Shown: positions 34,434 through 40,677 of the stretch, piece by piece
Position numbering within the stretch: position 1 is the stretch's first letter
How the letters are laid out: every line of letters starts with the position of its first letter
DNA from: Octopus bimaculoides
Taxonomy: Eukaryota
DNA: 40,677 bases
NCBI RefSeq assembly: GCF_001194135.2
Contig: NC_068981.1
Location: 183,605,909 to 183,646,585 of the forward strand
Direction: 5' to 3'
Made by a program: the position numbers and the translations under genes
The notes under the pieces: generated by a model
What the model saw: only the letters and a program-made list of their open reading frames with translations
Databases searched by the model: none
What the model was told of the DNA's origin: nothing

Positions 34434-35644
34434 NNNNNNNNNNNNNNNNNNNNNNNNNNNNNNNNNNNNNNNNNNNNNNNNNNNNNNNNNNNNNNNNNNN
34501 NNNNNNNNNNNNNNNNNNNNNNNNNNNNNNNNNNNNNNNNNNNNNNNNNNNNNNNNNNNNNNNNNNNNNNNNNNNNNNNNNNNNNNNNNNNNNNNNNNNN
34601 NNNNNNNNNNNNNNNNNNNNNNNNNNNNNNNNNNNNNNNNNNNNNNNNNNNNNNNNNNNNNNNNNNNNNNNNNNNNNNNNNNNNNNNNNNNNNNNNNNNN
34701 NNNNNNNNNNNNNNNNNNNNNNNNNNNNNNNNNNNNNNNNNNNNNNNNNNNNNNNNNNNNNNNNNNNNNNNNNNNNNNNNNNNNNNNNNNNNNNNNNNNN
34801 NNNNNNNNNNNNNNNNNNNNNNNNNNNNNNNNNNNNNNNNNNNNNNNNNNNNNNNNNNNNNNNNNNNNNNNNNNNNNNNNNNNNNNNNNNNNNNNNNNNN
34901 NNNNNNNNNNNNNNNNNNNNNNNNNNNNNNNNNNNNNNNNNNNNNNNNNNNNNNNNNNNNNNNNNNNNNNNNNNNNNNNNNNNNNNNNNNNNNNNNNNNN
35001 NNNNNNNNNNNNNNNNNNNNNNNNNNNNNNNNNNNNNNNNNNNNNNNNNNNNNNNNNNNNNNNNNNNNNNNNNNNNNNNNNNNNNNNNNNNNNNNNNNNN
35101 NNNNNNNNNNNNNNNNNNNNNNNNNNNNNNNNNNNNNNNNNNNNNNNNNGTATAACAAGAATCACGGCCCGGCATCGATGCCACGACATCACAACTAGTG
35201 ATCAGCACTGCCACACTCAGCCTCTCCTCACTTTCACATACAGAACTTTTCCTATAGTGTACTAACGTACTGGTATAATTGCTTACGTGTTATTGACTCT
35301 TTCTATCTGCTGTAATATTTCACATACACATACATGTATCACTCACATACACACTTTACTTTGTATGACGGCCTGTCTTTGATTATGTTCTTATATGTCG
35401 CATTCACACTCTCACACAGACATATATCTTTAACGCCATAATAAATATCTCTGTTATTCATCTTATACGGTTGTGGTCTTTCATTACTGGTCATCTATGT
35501 TATCGTCGTATAACATATCATCTGATATATCATTTGATATATATTTGTATGTTCGACCGTGTGACTCGTGTAAATAAAAGGAGTCCTCTGTTTTTCCATT
35601 CGTCACCATTTCTCCTTTTATGAGTTCGCACGGTCGACCCTTAC

Positions 35645-35701
<57 letters not shown>

Positions 35702-36434
35702 CATGAATACATGCATACATACTTACTTACACACACACACACACACATATATATATACACTCACATACACATACGTACACACACACACATATATATATTT
35801 ATTACTTATACACACATGCATACAAACCAGTGCATCGTGAAGTGGGCGGTACCGACTCCGGGTCGTGAGGAGTGAAAAATTTGTATGAGTACTGAAGACA
35901 AAATGTACTATAGAGGTCCCCAGATATTTACTTTTAAGGTTTGTCTCTTATTCAAATATTAACTTTATAAAAAGTAAATTTATTAAGGGACACTGCCTGC
36001 AGCTATAATCACAACAAAGATGATAATAGCAACAATGACAGCACCAACGTAACACCGGAAATGTTTATATTATTAGAGTTGATTCTAGTTCAAAATTTAG
36101 TTTTGTTTTACTTGTGCAGCGCTGCTGCACATCAGCGGATAGATTTCACGCTATCTGCGTATATACCTCAGACCAGCGATTCGAATTCGTTTCGAGGTGA
36201 CTCGGGTGTATGTGCCGATGAGTTGAAATAACAGCGAAATATTGATACCCACCGTTCTCCTTCACTGGTTATTCGTTTCGTCTGGTTTTGAGTTATTCAA
36301 TGTTTTTTTTTTTTCTTGTTTTTGCACATGACTTCTTAAAAGGTTTTTCCATGGACGATATTCTGCAGCTAATGAACGCATAAACAAAACATACACATGA
36401 AGTATGTTACATCAGTAATATTTAAGCTGACAGC

Positions 36435-36668
36435 AAGGCGGCGAGCTGGCAGAAACGTTAGCACGCTGGGCGAAACGCTTAACGGTATTTCGTCTGTCTT
36501 TACGTTCTGAGTTCAAATTCCGCCGAGGTCGACTTTGCCTTTCATCCTTTCGGGGGTCGATTAAATAAGTACCGGTTACTCACTGGGGATCGATGTAATC
36601 GACTTAATCCCTTTGTCTATCCTTGCTTATCCCCTCTATGTTTAGCCCCCTGTGGACATTAAGGAAGT
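36435..36668 (+). mobile_element. SINE group A, long-tail subtype, full length
   Basis: Near-consensus head and body. Tail TCCCCTCTATGTTTAGCCCC is shared with the 33040-33277 monomer. Confidence 0.88.
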
Positions 36669-36774
36669 ACATTTTTAAACTGACAGTAAACTTCGAAATA
36701 TGAATAAGTTAAATACAAAACCGAATCTATACGACCTATGCACGCAGATTATAAAAGAAAAAAATTATGACCAG

Positions 36775-36851
36775 GTGTAAACAGATGTATTTGTTTAACG
36801 CTCGGGAAGTGAGAAAGTCTTTTACGTTTCGAACCTACGCTCTTCGACATG
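36775..36851 (-). mobile_element. Penelope-like terminal remnant, copy 1 (degenerate hammerhead-like motif)
   Basis: Minus ATGTCGA-A-GAGC-GTAG-GTTC-GAAAC-GTA-AAAGAC...CCCGAGCGTT, homologous to 37914-38010. Confidence 0.5.
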
Positions 36852-36895
<44 letters not shown>

Positions 36896-37913
36896 AACAT
36901 AATTTCTGAACTTCGGTATATGGTGAAGCAAATATTTGCTGATCCCTTAATTATGTTTATAAATGTATATGAACTTTTAAATAAGTTCTCCACCGATAAT
37001 GGTGCTTACATACCGAAGGGCTTGGTAAAAATTATTAATTGTNNNNNNNNNNNNNNNNNNNNNNNNNNNNNNNNNNNNNNNNNNNNNNNNNNNNNNNNNN
37101 NNNNNNNNNNNNNNNNNNNNNNNNNNNNNNNNNNNNNNNNNNNNNNNNNNNNNNNNNNNNNNNNNNNNNNNNNNNNNNNNNNNNNNNNNNNNNNNNNNNN
37201 NNNNNNNNATATATATATATATATATGCATATATATAGAGAGAGAGAGATACACACACACACACAAAACATACATTCATACATATATACATATACACACA
37301 CATTACACGCACATGCATGCATAAACATCGTATGTGTGTGTTTGTTTGTGTGTGTGCGTGTGCGCACATCTGTCCGTTTATCTGTCTGTGTGTATGTATG
37401 TATGTATGTATGTATGTGATTATTCAGTTTATTTCAAGATTTCTTGACAATAGAGAAAGAACCAGTTTCTAACCTAGAACCAAGCTTCCTTCATTGGAAT
37501 TTCAGCATCAACAGCAAGGTATTTTTGTTTGTATGTATGTATATGTGTATGTATGCATGTATGAATGTATGTCTGTATACATTTATATATATATATATAT
37601 ATATATATNNNNNNNNNNNNNNNNNNNNNNNNNNNNNNNNNNNNNNNNNNNNNNNNNNNNNNNNNNNNNNNNNNNNNNNNNNNNNNNNNNNNNNNNNNNN
37701 NNNNNNNNNNNNNNNNNNNNNNNNNNNNNNNNNNNNNNNNNNNNNNNNNNNNNNNNNNNNNNNNNNNNNNNNNNNNNNNNNNNNNNNNNNNNNNNNNNNN
37801 NNNNNNNNNNNNNNNNNNNNNNNNNNNNNNNNNNNNNNNNNNNNNNNNNNNNNNNNNNNNNNNNNNNNNNNNNNNNTATGAGAATGTACGAAAAAACAAC
37901 AACAGACGAGGAC

Positions 37914-38010
37914 AGGTGGTGTAAATAACAAAAGGATGTATTAGTATGACGCTCGGGAATACGGAAAGTCTTTGACGTTTCGAGCTACGCTCTTCAACAG
38001 AAAGAATACG
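37914..38010 (-). mobile_element. Penelope-like terminal remnant, copy 2, with a minimal hammerhead-like fold at 37969-38005
   Basis: Minus TCTTT-CTGTTGA-A-GAGC-GTA-GCTC-GAAAC-GTC-AAAGA: stems I and II form and a GUC triplet follows GAAAC. Confidence 0.55.
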
Positions 38011-38043
38011 GAGACAAGGAGAAAAACACGGAGAATATATATA

Positions 38044-38077
<34 letters not shown>

Positions 38078-38819
38078 CATATGTGCAGATTTGCATGTTT
38101 TGCTTCATGTATGCATTGTCATGCATATAGTTGCATATCATATATATTTAAATGCTAAACTTCTGGAAAGTCTTACAGATTTTTACAGTTCCAGTGATGG
38201 ATTGGATCTGTAGTCTTCCAATAAGCTTTCTCCTTTCTGGTTTTGAGAAGCCAAATCTCTCAAGATTGGTATTTAGGCACTGTGTTACATATGTATGTTA
38301 TCAATCAGTTTCATTTCTGTATTTCTTGTCCATAGAGAAAGAGCCGGACTCTAACATAGATTCAAGGCTCCTTCATTGGAACTTTTATCAACATCATCTA
38401 GGTATTTGTGCATATGTGTGTGTGTGTGCAGTATTTGGTGTTAGTGTATGCGCAGATTTGTATGTTTGTTTTATGGATGCGTTTTTATGTCTAGATGCAT
38501 GCATATGTATTTATGTGCTAAATTTTTGGAAAGTTTTACATATCTTGTATGTATGTATGTATGTATGTATGTATGTATATATGTATGTATGTATGTACGT
38601 ATGTACGTACGTATGTATGTATGTATGTATGTATGTATGTATACCAACGCATATCTATTATTAGCGCTTTATGTCTGTGCTAACTGTTAACCGTACCACC
38701 ACCGCCGCCGCCACTGCCGCAGTTGGCAGTAGAAATGTCATCAAGACAATCTTTCCGCCATGCTTTTATGAACAAAATGCTATTTCTGGAATCGTTGTGT
38801 TCGTGAGTACGTGCGTGCG

Positions 38820-38890
<71 letters not shown>

Positions 38891-39017
38891 GCGTGTAAGG
38901 GAGCATATATATATATTTTATATATGTGTGTATATATGTATATATATATGTATATACATATATATATACATTATATATACATACATATATACATATGAAA
39001 TATATATAAATATATAC

Positions 39018-39079
<62 letters not shown>

Positions 39080-39329
39080 NNNNNNNNNNNNNNNNNNNNN
39101 NNNNNNNNNNNNNNNNNNNNNNNNNNNNNNNNNNNNNNNNNNNNNNNNNNNNNNNNNNNNNNNNNNNNNNNNNNNNNNNNNNNNNNNNNNNNNNNNNNNN
39201 NNNNNNNNNNNNNNNNNNNNNNNNNNNNNNNNNNNNNNNNNNNNNNNNNNNNNNNNNNNNNNNNNNNNNNNNNNNNNNNNNNNNNNNNNNNNNNNNNNNN
39301 NNNNNNNNNNNNNNNNNNNNNNNNNNNNN

Positions 39330-39389
<60 letters not shown>

Positions 39390-39675
39390 GTGTGTGTGAG
39401 TGTGTGTGTGCGTGTGTATTTATCTGTTTGTAACAGTTATTACGTTTATTTTCATACCTGATTTTCTTAACGTTTTATTTTTAGTTTGTTAGAAATATAT
39501 ACGTAAGTGGTTATGATATATACAAACATAAATATTATGATATCTATATACGTACAGACGGCTGATAAACTGATATATATATGAATGATTTCATGCAGAA
39601 GACTCTATATATATACATATGAGTGTGTGTGTGTGTNNNNNNNNNNCATGCAGAAGACTCTATATATATACATAT

Positions 39676-39739
<64 letters not shown>

Positions 39740-39825
39740 AATATACAAATATATATATATATTAAAGTCAAGTATATACATAATTGTATATATGTGCATG
39801 AATGTGTTGTATGCGTGTGTGTACG

Positions 39826-39860
<35 letters not shown>

Positions 39861-40596
39861 ATGTGTGTGTATGTGTGTGCATATGCATGCATGATATTCA
39901 CATGCATGCATATGCACACACACACACACACACACACATACAGGCACGCGTACATATAAACACATATACACACACATACACACGCGTACCACACGCACAT
40001 ACACATATCTATTAAGCCTTGTCTTCTGCCTGTTTTAAACCTGTTAGACGCACTCCCCAACCAACGGTTCATGTGGAAGGTAACAACCCTATTGGAAGCC
40101 CCACCAGTTAAGAAATGCACTGAAAAAATGTTATGGTACCCTATCCCAGTCGATACTGTTGATACTATTAATATTTTTATACGGGAAGGTGAATTAGTAC
40201 TCGCTGCTCACGGTAAAAACATACAATTGCTTAGTGGGTTGTAGGGAGAGGAATAAATAAGGTCAGGGGTAGCGGGTGCTTTTGAAGATACCACGACCAC
40301 AAAGGTAGGCTGCTGCTGCTGTTGTTTTTGTTGTTGTTTTTGTTGGGACCCACTTCAACCCTAATCGAGCAGACAGACTTATGATTAATGTCACCCCCCC
40401 CCAGACCATGCCCTTATTTTTGTATGACTGTGAGGTACTACATTGTATATTATCTAAGATGGAAAGGTGTAAAAGTAAGGACGACTTGTTTGCTATTTCT
40501 AGCAGGTAAAAACGACCACGAACGGGTTTCTTGGGGTGTTAGTTATGTTACGTCTTTTCTTTCATATTGCCAGAGATGCTTCGCCCATTATTGTTT

Positions 40597-40677
40597 CTAA
40601 TTTAGACACAAGGCCAGCAATTTTGAGGGGAGGGGTTAGATGATGCTATCAGGGTCAGTACTTAACTGGTACTTTAT
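40597..40677 (-). mobile_element. SINE group A 3' end, cut by the window edge
   Basis: GACACAAGGCCAGCAATTTTGAGGGG...AACTGGTACTTTAT matches the tails at 525-610 and 21790-21870. Confidence 0.7.

Noticed and set aside
39591-39700. Direct repeat CATGCAGAAGACTCTATATATATACATATGAGTGTG on both sides of a short N run
   Set aside because: Typical unmerged contig overlap, so an assembly artefact.
1-40677. Most ORFs in the six-frame track (YIYI, CVCV, HTHT, LSIY, poly-X)
   Set aside because: They are translations of (TA)n, (CA)n, (TATG)n, (GATA)n or N gaps and carry no coding signal.

Overview
Eukaryotic draft-assembly DNA that is AT-rich, dense in microsatellites and broken by many N gaps. The SINE families and repeat landscape fit an octopod cephalopod (Octopus-like) best; this is inference from recalled family sequences, not a database match. 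Nearly all ORFs in the supplied track are artefacts of microsatellites or N runs. The one well-supported host coding feature is missing from that track: a 117-nt exon at 28068-28184 (+) with a TAACTAAC branch point, polypyrimidine tract, AG acceptor and GTAAGT donor. It encodes the first half of an EMI domain (RWCPYFRSRLMPCLEVSGHETYLSRNWHHCTGYRCAKY), so most of the window is probably intronic or intergenic. The rest is transposable-element debris: four tRNA-headed SINE groups, two RTE LINE fragments, Tx1/L1-like ORF1 and ORF2 remnants, a decayed DD34D mariner, an internally deleted DD36E Tc1-like element, a DD41D-type fragment, TTAA-flanked MITEs, a Merlin-like MITE carrying TTAGGG repeats, and Penelope-like ends with variant minimal hammerhead folds. 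There is also a 152-bp-arm palindrome and a cluster of housekeeping-type promoter motifs near 9.1-11.0 kb. I see no convincing new multi-gene system. The best leads are RNA-structure ones (variant hammerheads, inverted SINE pairs around the EMI exon, the palindrome) and element-on-element stacking.
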